A stretch of DNA of 64,000 nucleotides from Lachnospiraceae bacterium (GCA_016285575.1 JAEEQX010000003.1:781-64780), one strand, 5' to 3'; positions 20,187 through 29,816 are shown, numbered from the stretch's first letter. Translations and numbers: made by a program. Notes: a model not told the origin generated them from the sequence alone.

Positions 20187-20414
20187 TTAGATGCATACCT
20201 CCATTTCTATGTTGGAACAATCCTTACGGTTAAGCGCAATCATAGTGTCTCTTGAGTACACTAAGATAGGTCTGTTCTTTTCATTTTTAATCATGGATAA
20301 CTTGCATCCCGGAGTAAGGCCAATGGATGTTATTCGGCTTACAAATCTTGGGTCGCCGACAACAGACACAACTTTACCTTCTGCTCCTTTTTTCATTTCT
20401 GTCAGTTTAATCAT
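20187..20414 (-). CDS. feoA: FeoA, copy 1
   Basis: 75-aa SH3-like protein (RITSIGLTPG) directly before feoB. Confidence 0.88.
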   Translation of the reverse strand: MIKLTEMKKGAEGKVVSVVGDPRFVSRITSIGLTPGCKLSMIKNEKNRPILVYSRDTMIALNRKDCSNIEMEVCI

Positions 20415-20465
20415 GACTTCCTCCTGTATATTAACTTAATTATTTACAAAACATTCGAACAATAA

Positions 20466-20843
20466 TTAATTGCTAATATCAAATGAAAGCATAGTGAATC
20501 CTGCATCATTCACAATGTTACGGACTCTGCTCAACTCAATATCACTCTTGGTAAGCAGTACTACTTGTCTTTTTTCAAGATTGGCTTTTGCCCATACGCC
20601 GTCCTGTGTATTGAATTCGTTTTCAATCTTTCTTACGCATCCGCTGCAATGCATACCATCAACTCCAACAATGTATTTGTGCGAATAATTCTTCTTATTC
20701 TTATCTTTAACCTTTACCTTGGATGGAGCCGCTTCTTTTTCACCACAGCACGCTGATCCGTATTTAATCCTTCTTACAGTTCCAAACACGGATACGACAA
20801 CTACTATCGCCACTATTAATGCAGTTATAATTGTTCCTGCCAT
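20466..20843 (-). CDS. Membrane-anchored heavy-metal-associated (HMA) domain protein
   Basis: N-terminal TM helix, GSACCG, then VDGMHCSGC HMA motif. Confidence 0.8.
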   Translation of the reverse strand: MAGTIITALIVAIVVVVSVFGTVRRIKYGSACCGEKEAAPSKVKVKDKNKKNYSHKYIVGVDGMHCSGCVRKIENEFNTQDGVWAKANLEKRQVVLLTKSDIELSRVRNIVNDAGFTMLSFDISN

Positions 20844-20861
20844 AACACTCCCTATTAATTC

Positions 20862-21485
20862 CTACTTCTTAGCAATCACTGTAATCCATGGTTTAGACTC
20901 ATGATGAAAAGACTTAACTTCCTTGAATCCTGCCGAAATGATCGCTGATTCAATATCCTCTATTGTGTAGCATTTCATTCCTTCGATGATGCTCTCGTAT
21001 TTAAGACTTGCTTCATCCTTACCATCGGATTCATTAACTATCATGAAAGTTCCTTCATCCTTTAACACTCTGAAAACTTCAGAAAAGCATCTATGAAGAC
21101 CGGGCCAGAAATAGATAGTCTCAAAAGCAGTTGCTAACTCAAACTTGCCGTCAGGAAGATTAAGATTGGATACATCACCTTGTTTAACTTCGCATCTTCC
21201 GTTATCGATAGCTTCTTTGTTGTAATTAGTTGCCTTTTCTACAGATACATCAGAATAGTCAACCGCTGTCATATATGCGGAGGGATATTTCTTCATGAGT
21301 TCTCCGGCGTTTCTGCCACCGCCACAGCCGATTTCCAATAAATATGTAGGATATTCAACCTGAAGGTGCGACATACCCCAATCCGCCATTGCTGCATGGC
21401 CACCATTCATGCCATTAACCATCATCTTGCCGAGAACTCCTTCAGGCTTTCTCGTCTGACTTACAAAGTTTTTGTAGAGACCCAT
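20862..21485 (-). CDS. Class I SAM-dependent methyltransferase
   Basis: LEIGCGGG motif I, AFETIYFW, VLKDEG; start ATG 21485 after GGAGGA. Confidence 0.9.
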   Translation of the reverse strand: MGLYKNFVSQTRKPEGVLGKMMVNGMNGGHAAMADWGMSHLQVEYPTYLLEIGCGGGRNAGELMKKYPSAYMTAVDYSDVSVEKATNYNKEAIDNGRCEVKQGDVSNLNLPDGKFELATAFETIYFWPGLHRCFSEVFRVLKDEGTFMIVNESDGKDEASLKYESIIEGMKCYTIEDIESAIISAGFKEVKSFHHESKPWITVIAKK

Positions 21486-21536
21486 AATCCTTCCTCCGAA
21501 CAATTTATATAAATATTTAAATATTTTGTTATTTGA

Positions 21537-21636
21537 GTTAGATATACCTAACTGTATGTACGTTTAATTGGCGGTTAAAAAGTTAGTCCTCTTTAACCGC
21601 CAATCATTTTATAACACACTATTTATAATTGTTCAA
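21537..21636 (-). promoter_or_regulatory. feo-1 operon promoter cassette (boxes + 5' hairpin)
   Basis: TTGAAC, 17 nt, TGn-TATAAA (21636-21608); 13-bp-stem hairpin 21567-21604; GTTAG-ATATAC-CTAAC 21537-52; GTTAG-TCCTCT-TTAAC 21582-97. Confidence 0.82.
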
Positions 21637-21656
21637 TATTAAAATTTAAAAAGTTT

Positions 21657-23399
21657 TCACATTTTCCAGTTCTGTGACTTTAACTGCTGTTTTGTCATAC
21701 GAGAATAGATACTGTCGAATCCTGATAAGTATTCAGGACTACCTTGTTCAGCAACAACACCGTCTTTTAATACTACGATATTGTCAGCATTAGCAATGGT
21801 TCTCATACGGTGTGCGATAATAAGAACCGTCTTGTTCTTAATAAGTCTTGAAAGTGCTTCCTGAATAGCTGTTTCATTCTCAGCATCAAGAGATGCAGTT
21901 GCTTCATCAAGAAGAATAACAGGTGCATCCTTAAGAAAAGCTCTGGCAATTGATATTCTCTGTCTCTCACCACCTGATAATTCGCTACCGTTTTCGCCTA
22001 TATTAGTATTGTATTTATCAGGCAAGAGATTAACGAATTCCTCGCAGTTGGCAAGTCGCGCTGCTTCCATTACTTCTTCATCAGTCGCTCCGCTCTTACC
22101 GATTCGTATATTCTCCATAACGGAATTATTGAAAAGCGTAACATCCTGGAAAACTATTGAGTACTTAGAAAGTAATGTTTCAGGGTCGATCTCAGATACA
22201 TCCTGTCCGCCCAGTGTAATAGTACCACTATTAACATCCCAGAATCTCGCAGCAAGTCTTGATATTGTTGTCTTACCACCTCCGGAAGGTCCGATAAGTG
22301 CTGTTACTTCACCCTGCTTAGCAGTAAAGCTTACATCTGAAAGAACGTCTGTATCATCTGAATACTTGAATCCAACATGATCAAATACAATATCGTATCC
22401 ATCAACTTTTAACTTATCCGAACCGGTCTGAATCTCATGAGAGAGAACTTCATCAAGTCTTTCACACTGAATACCAGTAGCAATAATAGCTGCAAAGTTT
22501 TGAAGTGATATCTCCATAGGAGCATATAATCTGGATACGATCATCAAGAACATGAAGAATGTTAAGATGTCGATATCGCCTTTTGCAAATAAGATACCAC
22601 CCATAATTGCTGTTGTACCGATGCCAAGTTTAAGTACGATTGCTGCAGAGTTTACATATACAGCCATCTTAAGTTCTGTAAAGAGCGCGAACTTTTCTAC
22701 CTTCTTAATCTTGCCATCAAGTTCTTCCATATATCTGTCTTCAGAATTATTAGCTCTTAAATCCCTGATTGACTCAAGACATTCCTGGATACCATCGGAC
22801 ATGTCGAGTTTGATAGCCTGATTCTTTCTTACTGCTCTCTTTTCTGCACCTGAGCAAGTAATTATAATAATGAATGCAACAGGTATTACCCAGAAAGCCG
22901 CAAGTACCATTCTCCAATCAAAGAAGATAAACATACTGATACCAACCAAAGCAACTGAGATTACAGCTCCGATCAGTTCGGGAATCCAGTGGCTTGATGC
23001 TGTCTCAATCATTGCACAGTCGCCCATGATATTGGTTGTAAGGTCTGCGATATTCTTTTTACCAAAATATGAAAGAGGTAGTTTTCTAAGTTTCTCAGCA
23101 ATCGCTGTTCTTCTTACACCACTTTCACGGTATGTAGTTAAAAATGTTGCATTATACTGAATAAAGTTGGTAATCGCTATGAGAAGAAGAATTATTATTG
23201 AGGCGATTACATAAAAAGGAATTCTTTCCTTGGTTAATCCGTTATTGAGTAAATCTTTTATTAATGTGTAGAGCACACCTGCAGGCAGCATCAAAACCAT
23301 ATCCGTTAATGTAACGCAGACGCACGCCTTGATCATATCTTTTGCGCCCTGTCTTGAAAGGGCATATTTATGTTGTAATTTCTCTATCATCTTATGCAC
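21657..23399 (-). CDS. ABC transporter permease/ATPase (pair 2, second subunit)
   Basis: TYRESG, SHWIPEL, GPSGGGKT, LSGGERQR. Confidence 0.88.
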   Translation of the reverse strand: MHKMIEKLQHKYALSRQGAKDMIKACVCVTLTDMVLMLPAGVLYTLIKDLLNNGLTKERIPFYVIASIIILLLIAITNFIQYNATFLTTYRESGVRRTAIAEKLRKLPLSYFGKKNIADLTTNIMGDCAMIETASSHWIPELIGAVISVALVGISMFIFFDWRMVLAAFWVIPVAFIIIITCSGAEKRAVRKNQAIKLDMSDGIQECLESIRDLRANNSEDRYMEELDGKIKKVEKFALFTELKMAVYVNSAAIVLKLGIGTTAIMGGILFAKGDIDILTFFMFLMIVSRLYAPMEISLQNFAAIIATGIQCERLDEVLSHEIQTGSDKLKVDGYDIVFDHVGFKYSDDTDVLSDVSFTAKQGEVTALIGPSGGGKTTISRLAARFWDVNSGTITLGGQDVSEIDPETLLSKYSIVFQDVTLFNNSVMENIRIGKSGATDEEVMEAARLANCEEFVNLLPDKYNTNIGENGSELSGGERQRISIARAFLKDAPVILLDEATASLDAENETAIQEALSRLIKNKTVLIIAHRMRTIANADNIVVLKDGVVAEQGSPEYLSGFDSIYSRMTKQQLKSQNWKM

Positions 23400-25155
23400 C
23401 TACCTTCCATTCAACAGACTTGGAGTATTCTTCAAACATTCGTTTATACAATCCATTTGCAGCAATAAGTTCGTCATGCTTGCCGGATTCGACACACTTA
23501 CCGTCATCCATAACAAATATTTTGTCAGCATTCTTAACTGTTGATAATCTGTGCGCAATCATTATAAGGGTCTTATCCTTAGACATCTCATCAAAAGCAG
23601 CCTGAACCTTGGTCTCATTATCAGGATCAGCAAAAGCTGTCGCTTCATCAAGAATAAGTATAGGTGCATCTTTTAATACAGCACGTGCAATAGTGATTCT
23701 TTGTTGTTCACCACCGGATAGATAAGTACCCTTTTCTCCGATAACTGTATTAACCCCATCGGGAAGTTTCTCAATGATATCCATACACTGTGCCTTCTTA
23801 AGTGCTTCGAGAACTTCGTCTTCTGTAGCATCCGGCTTACCCATACGAACATTTTCAAGTATTGATTTCTTTATAAGCCGACTATCCTGGAACACAAATG
23901 ATACCTGTTCCATAAGATATGATGAAGGCATGTCTTTTACATTAACACCACCAATACATATCTCTCCTTCTGCCACATCAAAGAATCTTACCAAAAGTTC
24001 AGCCATTGTAGTCTTACCGGAACCTGATGGTCCAACCAAAGCAACATGCTCACCTTGCTTAATCGAGAATGAAACATTATCAAGTGCATTTCTTGTTGCA
24101 TCTTTATATCGATATGAAACATTCTTGACTTCAATACCAAAGTCGGTAGGTCTCTCATTGGAGTTGCCTTCTCCCAAAGGTTCAATCTCCATAATCTTGT
24201 CTACACGCTTCAACGCATCAATAAGATTCATCTCAGCCTCACCTGAGTAAGCAATCTTGGTTAATGCTACAGTTACGAGTGGTGTAATAATGATGTAATA
24301 CATAATGTTAAGAATGGTTGCATTATCAACACCGTTTCTTGTAAATATATATGATGCAATTACTAAAAACACAAAGATTGCGTTAATGCATGTCATGAAT
24401 CCCATCATAGGGAATCTAAGCATTAATGTATATTCTGTGGTCCATTTACCGTATCCATCGATACAATCCTTGAATCTTTTGAATGAATGAACTGTCTGGC
24501 CGAAAGTTTTTACAACCGGAACACCTCTTACATATTCAGTAGCTTCGGAACTCATTGTTTCGAGTGCATCCTGATATTCTTTCATCTTCTGCTGCATGTT
24601 TTTGCCCATCATGGACATCATGCAACAAAATCCGATAACAGCAGGTATCATACATATAAGGCCTATCTTCCAGTTAAAAGCAAATACCAAAACAAGAAGA
24701 CCAACAGGTGTAATGGCTGCAACAGTCTTATCTGCAAGTGTATGCGCTATATATGTCTCTGTAGCGGCTGTAGAATCATTAACAATTCTTCTAATCTTTC
24801 CTGTTCCATCTTCATCAAACACACCAAGAGGTAATGTGATAATTCTTCTCATAAGAGAGCATCTCATATTAGCTTGTACTCTGAATGCTGATATATGTGT
24901 GCAAAGAAGCGCTGCAATATATACAAGCAATGCACCTACAATCAATGCTACTGCCACTATTGCATATGCTGTAATGGAACCAAGGTTTTCACCATTAACA
25001 GCGACTCTTATTATCTTCCACATCAGATAATAAGGTATCAAAGTCATAACAGCGCTTATAGCAGCTAAGAATCTGCCAAGCGTTATTAGATGCTTATGTC
25101 CTCCTGCATATTGCCTGATCAATTTCATATGATCATATTTTTCTGTCTTTCCCAA
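23392..25155 (-). CDS. ABC transporter permease/ATPase (pair 2, first subunit)
   Basis: THISAF, ETYIAH, GPSGSGKT, LSGGEQQR; TTG start after AGGAGG. Confidence 0.88.
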   Translation of the reverse strand: MGKTEKYDHMKLIRQYAGGHKHLITLGRFLAAISAVMTLIPYYLMWKIIRVAVNGENLGSITAYAIVAVALIVGALLVYIAALLCTHISAFRVQANMRCSLMRRIITLPLGVFDEDGTGKIRRIVNDSTAATETYIAHTLADKTVAAITPVGLLVLVFAFNWKIGLICMIPAVIGFCCMMSMMGKNMQQKMKEYQDALETMSSEATEYVRGVPVVKTFGQTVHSFKRFKDCIDGYGKWTTEYTLMLRFPMMGFMTCINAIFVFLVIASYIFTRNGVDNATILNIMYYIIITPLVTVALTKIAYSGEAEMNLIDALKRVDKIMEIEPLGEGNSNERPTDFGIEVKNVSYRYKDATRNALDNVSFSIKQGEHVALVGPSGSGKTTMAELLVRFFDVAEGEICIGGVNVKDMPSSYLMEQVSFVFQDSRLIKKSILENVRMGKPDATEDEVLEALKKAQCMDIIEKLPDGVNTVIGEKGTYLSGGEQQRITIARAVLKDAPILILDEATAFADPDNETKVQAAFDEMSKDKTLIMIAHRLSTVKNADKIFVMDDGKCVESGKHDELIAANGLYKRMFEEYSKSVEWKVGA

Positions 25156-25184
25156 CTTAATGGACCTCCTTTAATATATTTTAC

Positions 25185-25216
25185 GTTAGTTATCACTAAC
25201 TCAATAATGATAACTT
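25185..25216. promoter_or_regulatory. DtxR-type box plus adjacent candidate TetR-2 site
   Basis: GTTAG-TTATCA-CTAAC 25185-200; AATGATAACT 25205-14 is also present (reverse complement) in the tetR-2 promoter. Confidence 0.7.
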
Positions 25217-25223
25217 ACGTAAT

Positions 25224-25244
25224 AAAAAAGAGCCCGTAGGCTCT
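25224..25244 (-). terminator. Intrinsic terminator after tetR-2
   Basis: Minus AGAGCC-TACG-GGCTCT-TTTTT. Confidence 0.75.
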
Positions 25245-25246
25245 AT

Positions 25247-25864
25247 TTATTCAATACCCATAATTCTTAACCATCCCGGCATAAAGAATTCTTGTATGAG
25301 ATTCAGGTATTTATCTATCTGTTTTTCATTATAATCATGAATTATAGGTTCAAAACACGCAGTTAAATAAGCCGATAAAAGAAAATGTAATTCTTCTTCG
25401 GACACGGTCTTAACCTTATATCCTTTTTTCTTAAGAAACTTTAACGCATCCAAGAATTCCTTTTGATTCTCATTGGTAAGGTCATGAATAAAATTCTCAT
25501 ACTTAGTTCCTGCAGAACAAGTCATAAGAAGTATGAATTCCTGTCTTCTTGGTAAGATGACATTTCTAATAAGATCAATAAATGACTCACCAAAGAGTTG
25601 CTCACCTGTAGGGTTACTGTCAACTAAATCATACTTCTTGCTGGTATGATTTTTAAGCCAGCTCTTCATTTCATCAACAAGAGGGCTGACCATACCTTCA
25701 AACATGGCTTCTTTATCAGCATAATGTCTGTAAAGACCGGCAGATGTCATACCTGCTCTGGCGCCAATGCTTCTAATGGAAGCAGCTTCATACCCTTTTT
25801 CAAGGAACTCCTCCATAATCGCTTTATTTACTCTTACATGACTTAACGACTTATCTCTTGGCAT
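25247..25864 (-). CDS. TetR/AcrR-family regulator 2 (paralogue of tetR-1)
   Basis: MPRDK start, ASIRSIG..MTSAGLYRHYADKEAMF. Confidence 0.92.
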   Translation of the reverse strand: MPRDKSLSHVRVNKAIMEEFLEKGYEAASIRSIGARAGMTSAGLYRHYADKEAMFEGMVSPLVDEMKSWLKNHTSKKYDLVDSNPTGEQLFGESFIDLIRNVILPRRQEFILLMTCSAGTKYENFIHDLTNENQKEFLDALKFLKKKGYKVKTVSEEELHFLLSAYLTACFEPIIHDYNEKQIDKYLNLIQEFFMPGWLRIMGIE

Positions 25865-25883
25865 AATTCTTACCCAAATAAAA

Positions 25884-25952
25884 AGTAATCTTTGATAGTT
25901 ATCATTGTTCGCTATCAAAGATTACTATAATCACTTTGCCTTTACGTGTCAA
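25884..25952 (-). promoter_or_regulatory. tetR-2 promoter with a 15-bp perfect inverted repeat
   Basis: TTGACA 25952-47, 17 nt, TATAGT; AGTAATCTTTGATAG-N13-CTATCAAAGATTACT (25884-926). Confidence 0.7.
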
Positions 25953-25955
25953 TAA

Positions 25956-26903
25956 TCAAATCTGTTTTTTTATGCTTCTCTTACAAGACCAATCTTCTAT
26001 CGCTTTGCTCATTCTCTTATCTATATCGATACGTGCTTCTTTGCATTCCTTTTTAAAATCACGTCCTGCTTTGAATAAACCTACAAACAAACTTCCGCCA
26101 ATCGGCATCATCTGCTTAAGTAAGCCTTCAGGAAATACAAAATGTGTCGCATGATCATAAATTGCACTCTCAACTTCACACTCGTGAGGAATTCTAGATA
26201 ATCTCTCCTCCATACGTCTTATATATTTTGCAGTATCCCAAAGAACATCATCCTCAGCTCCTATAAGCAAAAGTTTTCCTTTTATTCGTTCAACTTTTAT
26301 AAACTCTTCTTCCCTTATCGGATGTGCTTTTTCCGAATCATCAAATACGCCTCTCGATACAAGCATATCTTTGTTAACTTTTGCATCCGCTTTCATCTTC
26401 TGATAATATTCAGGATGACGATAAACGAAAGGAAGATAAGGAAGCGGTTCACCCTGCCATGATGCGGTTGATTCTCCCTCGCCGGGCCATTCTTTCATGC
26501 CATCACGTTTTCCCTGATAGAATCCTTCCATAACGAAATCACTAGGTGTCATAGCAATGGTAAGCGTTATCTCGGGATAATATGATGCTGCAATTAAAGC
26601 ATACATGCCTGTTGTGGAAGCTCCGGCTATACCGAATTTCTTATTCCCTTTACTCTTAAGATATTCAATAGCAGCACCTATTCTTTCAACCGGAAGATTA
26701 TGATGACTGTAATCCTTATGAGCAGGTGATAGCGTCATTACATTTACTCCGAATTTCTTATGAAGCCACCTTACTCCTGATTTGGCAACATGATCTTCGC
26801 AATCATCTCCTAACATAGCAATAATTGCATTATGTGATTCTTCACCCGGACATGGCCAGTAGCATCCATAGAATCCTTTTTCAGTTTCTTTATATTTTTT
26901 CAT
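25956..26903 (-). CDS. Acyl-CoA thioesterase / BAAT-type alpha/beta hydrolase
   Basis: GASTTG elbow, IKVERIKGKLLLIGAEDDVLW, YDHATH. Confidence 0.82.
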   Translation of the reverse strand: MKKYKETEKGFYGCYWPCPGEESHNAIIAMLGDDCEDHVAKSGVRWLHKKFGVNVMTLSPAHKDYSHHNLPVERIGAAIEYLKSKGNKKFGIAGASTTGMYALIAASYYPEITLTIAMTPSDFVMEGFYQGKRDGMKEWPGEGESTASWQGEPLPYLPFVYRHPEYYQKMKADAKVNKDMLVSRGVFDDSEKAHPIREEEFIKVERIKGKLLLIGAEDDVLWDTAKYIRRMEERLSRIPHECEVESAIYDHATHFVFPEGLLKQMMPIGGSLFVGLFKAGRDFKKECKEARIDIDKRMSKAIEDWSCKRSIKKQI

Positions 26904-26908
26904 ATTGA

Positions 26909-27505
26909 TTAATTTCCTTTCTCGAAGATAAGATCAAGAATACAATCAATGATTTTATCTATCGTCTTCTCATAAACACTCTCATGCAGTTCTTCCTTGG
27001 CTTCAGCTGTCAGCACCAAAATCTTTGTCATATTGGCTAAAAGAAGAAAATCTACATCAGGTCTGACTCCATCAAGCATACTTAATAAATTTATTGCTAT
27101 AGAACTTTCTTTTTTTTCATCAGGATCAAAATCCGAAGTCTTATGAATAAGATTCGATTCATCTTCAAGAGTCATATGTGCATAAATACTCATATCCTTA
27201 TCAACCAAATGATGAAAATACACGCGTGCATCTTCTCTTCCAAGTTTTCTCTTTCCCGCAAGAACATCCGGCGCAATTAATTGAGGTATCATTTTCTGTC
27301 TGTGATACTTAATAAGATCTGCCAGATATTCTTCTTTATTCTTCCAAAAATGATAAAAAGTACCCTTGGCTATTCCTGCAGCCTCTGTAATCTTAGTGAT
27401 TGTTGTATGTGTCACACCATATTCTTTTATCAAAGGGAATCCTGCTTCCAGCATTACCAGCCTCAATTCATCCCTCTGTTCATTTGTAAATACTCTGTCC
27501 GGCAT
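26909..27505 (-). CDS. TetR/AcrR-family regulator 3
   Basis: TTITKITEAAGIAKGTFYHFWKNKEE HTH. Confidence 0.9.
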   Translation of the reverse strand: MPDRVFTNEQRDELRLVMLEAGFPLIKEYGVTHTTITKITEAAGIAKGTFYHFWKNKEEYLADLIKYHRQKMIPQLIAPDVLAGKRKLGREDARVYFHHLVDKDMSIYAHMTLEDESNLIHKTSDFDPDEKKESSIAINLLSMLDGVRPDVDFLLLANMTKILVLTAEAKEELHESVYEKTIDKIIDCILDLIFEKGN

Positions 27506-27522
27506 ATATATTCCCTTTCTTG

Positions 27523-27579
27523 TGACCGTTTTTTTATTTCGGTCATATAAATGTTAGCACCCGCTAACCGACTTGTCAA
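27523..27579 (-). promoter_or_regulatory. Promoter with DtxR-type box over the -10 and a TGACCG-N11-CGGTCA repeat
   Basis: TTGACA 27579-74, 17 nt, TGn-TAACAT; GTTAG-CACCCG-CTAAC 27553-68; inverted repeat 27523-45. Confidence 0.72.
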
Positions 27580-27583
27580 CAAT

Positions 27584-27619
27584 AAAAAAAGGATGTCAAG
27601 AAATTAATTTCCTGACATC
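27584..27619 (-). terminator. Intrinsic terminator
   Basis: Minus GATGTCAGGAAAT-TA-ATTTCTTGACATC then CTTTTTTT. Confidence 0.75.
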
Positions 27620-27637
27620 ACATTAATTCATACAAAC

Positions 27638-28444
27638 TCACATTTTTTCAAAAACCAAAATTTTTTGAGCATATTTTTTTATAATCGGAATCCAAGCTGC
27701 CAATTTGTAAATCGGATAGTATTCACACATGCCCCTTATGATATTATCGTCTTTTATTTTCCTAAATCCTCTGGAAACATCTCCCAAATCATCAAAACTG
27801 TACGCACCCCATGTGAATACAGCTCCTGTTGATTTAATAGACTTTTCTACTTTTTCTTTGTTTACAAATTTAGGACAAAGACATTCCATCAGAACTGTAG
27901 CATTATCAAAATTATCTCTGATAATTCCAAGCATCTTTCCTACCTGTTCTTCGGTTAGATACATGGAAAGACCTTCGATAATAAAAAGCATCTTTCCTCT
28001 GACTGTAATCTTATCCGCCCATGCAGGGTCATACGCAGAGCAGCCTATAGTTGATACTCTCCCTGACTCATGATATACGGAATCCCTGACTTCTATAGTT
28101 TCAGGAAGGTCAAGATTATACCATGTAATCTCTCCATTATCCATACGATAGAATCTCGTATCCAAACCGCAGGCAATATTTACAACCGTGCATTGCGGAT
28201 TATCTTTTATGAAATTTGAAACAAGTTCATCAAAAACATATGTCCTGGCAATAACTCCGCTGCTCATGGCAGTATCTTTTTGAGCATTAGAAAAATCATA
28301 ATCAAGCTTTTCGACTATTTCTTCTGCTTTAACATCTCTAAACTTATTCTTTGGATTCTTGCTCCACAACGCTCTGGCGTAAAAACTTTGAAGCATTGTT
28401 TCTGCAGAACCGTTAAGTATAGGTTTTATCTTTTCTTCGTTCAT
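27638..28444 (-). CDS. SAM-dependent methyltransferase, LCM / TcmP-like O-methyltransferase
   Basis: ETMLQSFYARA, VVNIACGLDTRFYR, WYNLDLPE, IIEGLSMYL; start 28444 or 28468. Confidence 0.85.
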   Translation of the reverse strand: MNEEKIKPILNGSAETMLQSFYARALWSKNPKNKFRDVKAEEIVEKLDYDFSNAQKDTAMSSGVIARTYVFDELVSNFIKDNPQCTVVNIACGLDTRFYRMDNGEITWYNLDLPETIEVRDSVYHESGRVSTIGCSAYDPAWADKITVRGKMLFIIEGLSMYLTEEQVGKMLGIIRDNFDNATVLMECLCPKFVNKEKVEKSIKSTGAVFTWGAYSFDDLGDVSRGFRKIKDDNIIRGMCEYYPIYKLAAWIPIIKKYAQKILVFEKM

Positions 28445-28575
28445 TATTGTTTCAATCCCTTTCTCCAAAGTACTGAATTATATCGTCTACAATCTCACGT
28501 TCTCCCTCTCTTCCTTCCTTCAGAAAAGTGAAAACAGGCAATTTTTTTCTTTAAAAATGTATTTTTCTTTTCGTG

Positions 28576-29085
28576 TTATTTATTCCTTTTTCTTGGAAAG
28601 AACGGAATGCACCTGTTCACATGTTTTTTATACTCAGCGTATTCGTCACCATACAATTTAATGAGCCATTTTTCTTCTGTATTTATTAATACAAGAGTCA
28701 TAATTAACCAGTTAATAACCGGAAGAATAAGCATCCAAACATTATGCCACATAAGAGTGACTCCGATTAGCGTAATCCAAATGCCGCTGTACATGGGATT
28801 TCTTACCCATGCATATATACCGTCTTTTTTCAGTCTGTTCTCTGATATATTCTTATCCATCCCCGAACCAAGCGCTCCCTTAAACCATACGAATGCTCCG
28901 AGTATGATTATTAACGCACCTATGATTCTAAATATTAAAACCCACGGGAATCCCAATATTCCAATCTTAAAAACATGTCCTAAAAAAATAATCCCAAGAA
29001 TAGTTACAATTACCATCCCGGAAATCATGTACGGTCCGATTCCGAATAACGGTAATTTCTGTCCTTCTTTAATAAAATTCTTCAT
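28576..29085 (-). CDS. Isoprenylcysteine carboxylmethyltransferase / PEMT-family membrane methyltransferase
   Basis: GIYAWVRNPMYSG, TEEKWL, YGDEYAEYKKHVNRCIP. Confidence 0.85.
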   Translation of the reverse strand: MKNFIKEGQKLPLFGIGPYMISGMVIVTILGIIFLGHVFKIGILGFPWVLIFRIIGALIIILGAFVWFKGALGSGMDKNISENRLKKDGIYAWVRNPMYSGIWITLIGVTLMWHNVWMLILPVINWLIMTLVLINTEEKWLIKLYGDEYAEYKKHVNRCIPFFPRKRNK

Positions 29086-29114
29086 CGTAAAACACACCCG
29101 CTTTCTATATTTCT

Positions 29115-29813
29115 TTACTGCTTCTTTCTACTTACTAAAAAACCACGCTCATCAGTTACAATTTCGTATTCATCAGCAAGCGGATTCTTATTTCCGACAA
29201 CACAATAATCGCATTTATCACTGTTTCCGCAGGTTCCGCATCGAATAAGCGTTCCATGCAGTTGTTCAATCAGAAAAAAATCCGAGTTGCAGCAAAGCGG
29301 CAATACATGAAGTAAATTATGTTTCTTGGCAAATTCCGCATTAGGGCATTGTGTAAAATAATACCTTGCTGCATGGTTTTCCTTATCATACGCCTCAGCT
29401 ACATTAACAAAACTTGCGGGATATTTAACGATATCCCTTCTGTCACCATTACCGGATTTTTCAAATATCCTATTAATTAACCACATATCAGCAGAACGAT
29501 TTAAGTTGAACACTTTTCCAAGTTTTGACATCTTCCCCATAAACATATTGCTGACAAAATCCTGCATTTCAGATATGGGCGGCTCATCAGGAAGGTTGGG
29601 ATACAAAGAAAAAATAGCCAGACCGCCATATATTGCTATGGCATGTCCGTTTTTCTTTCCACCGTAATCAGGAAGATCCGGCAAATAAGCATTATATCGA
29701 TCTACTGTTTTTTGCCATATATCCTGTGCCTTCTCTTCTCCATATCTGTCTTTCAGCCATTCTTTAAATGGTTTGCAATATGGTAAATCCAATATCTGCA
29801 CATGTTCTTCCAT
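29115..29813 (-). CDS. L-2-amino-thiazoline-4-carboxylate hydrolase (ATC hydrolase)-family protein
   Basis: FTQCPNAEFAK..CCNSDF..LIRCGTCG..CDY cysteine pattern typical of the family. Confidence 0.75.
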   Translation of the reverse strand: MEEHVQILDLPYCKPFKEWLKDRYGEEKAQDIWQKTVDRYNAYLPDLPDYGGKKNGHAIAIYGGLAIFSLYPNLPDEPPISEMQDFVSNMFMGKMSKLGKVFNLNRSADMWLINRIFEKSGNGDRRDIVKYPASFVNVAEAYDKENHAARYYFTQCPNAEFAKKHNLLHVLPLCCNSDFFLIEQLHGTLIRCGTCGNSDKCDYCVVGNKNPLADEYEIVTDERGFLVSRKKQ

Positions 29814-29816
29814 TAA

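Noticed and set aside
25198-25216. Fur box (AATAATGATAAC)
   Set aside because: Only a half match with no 7-1-7 symmetry; better explained as a TetR-2-like site
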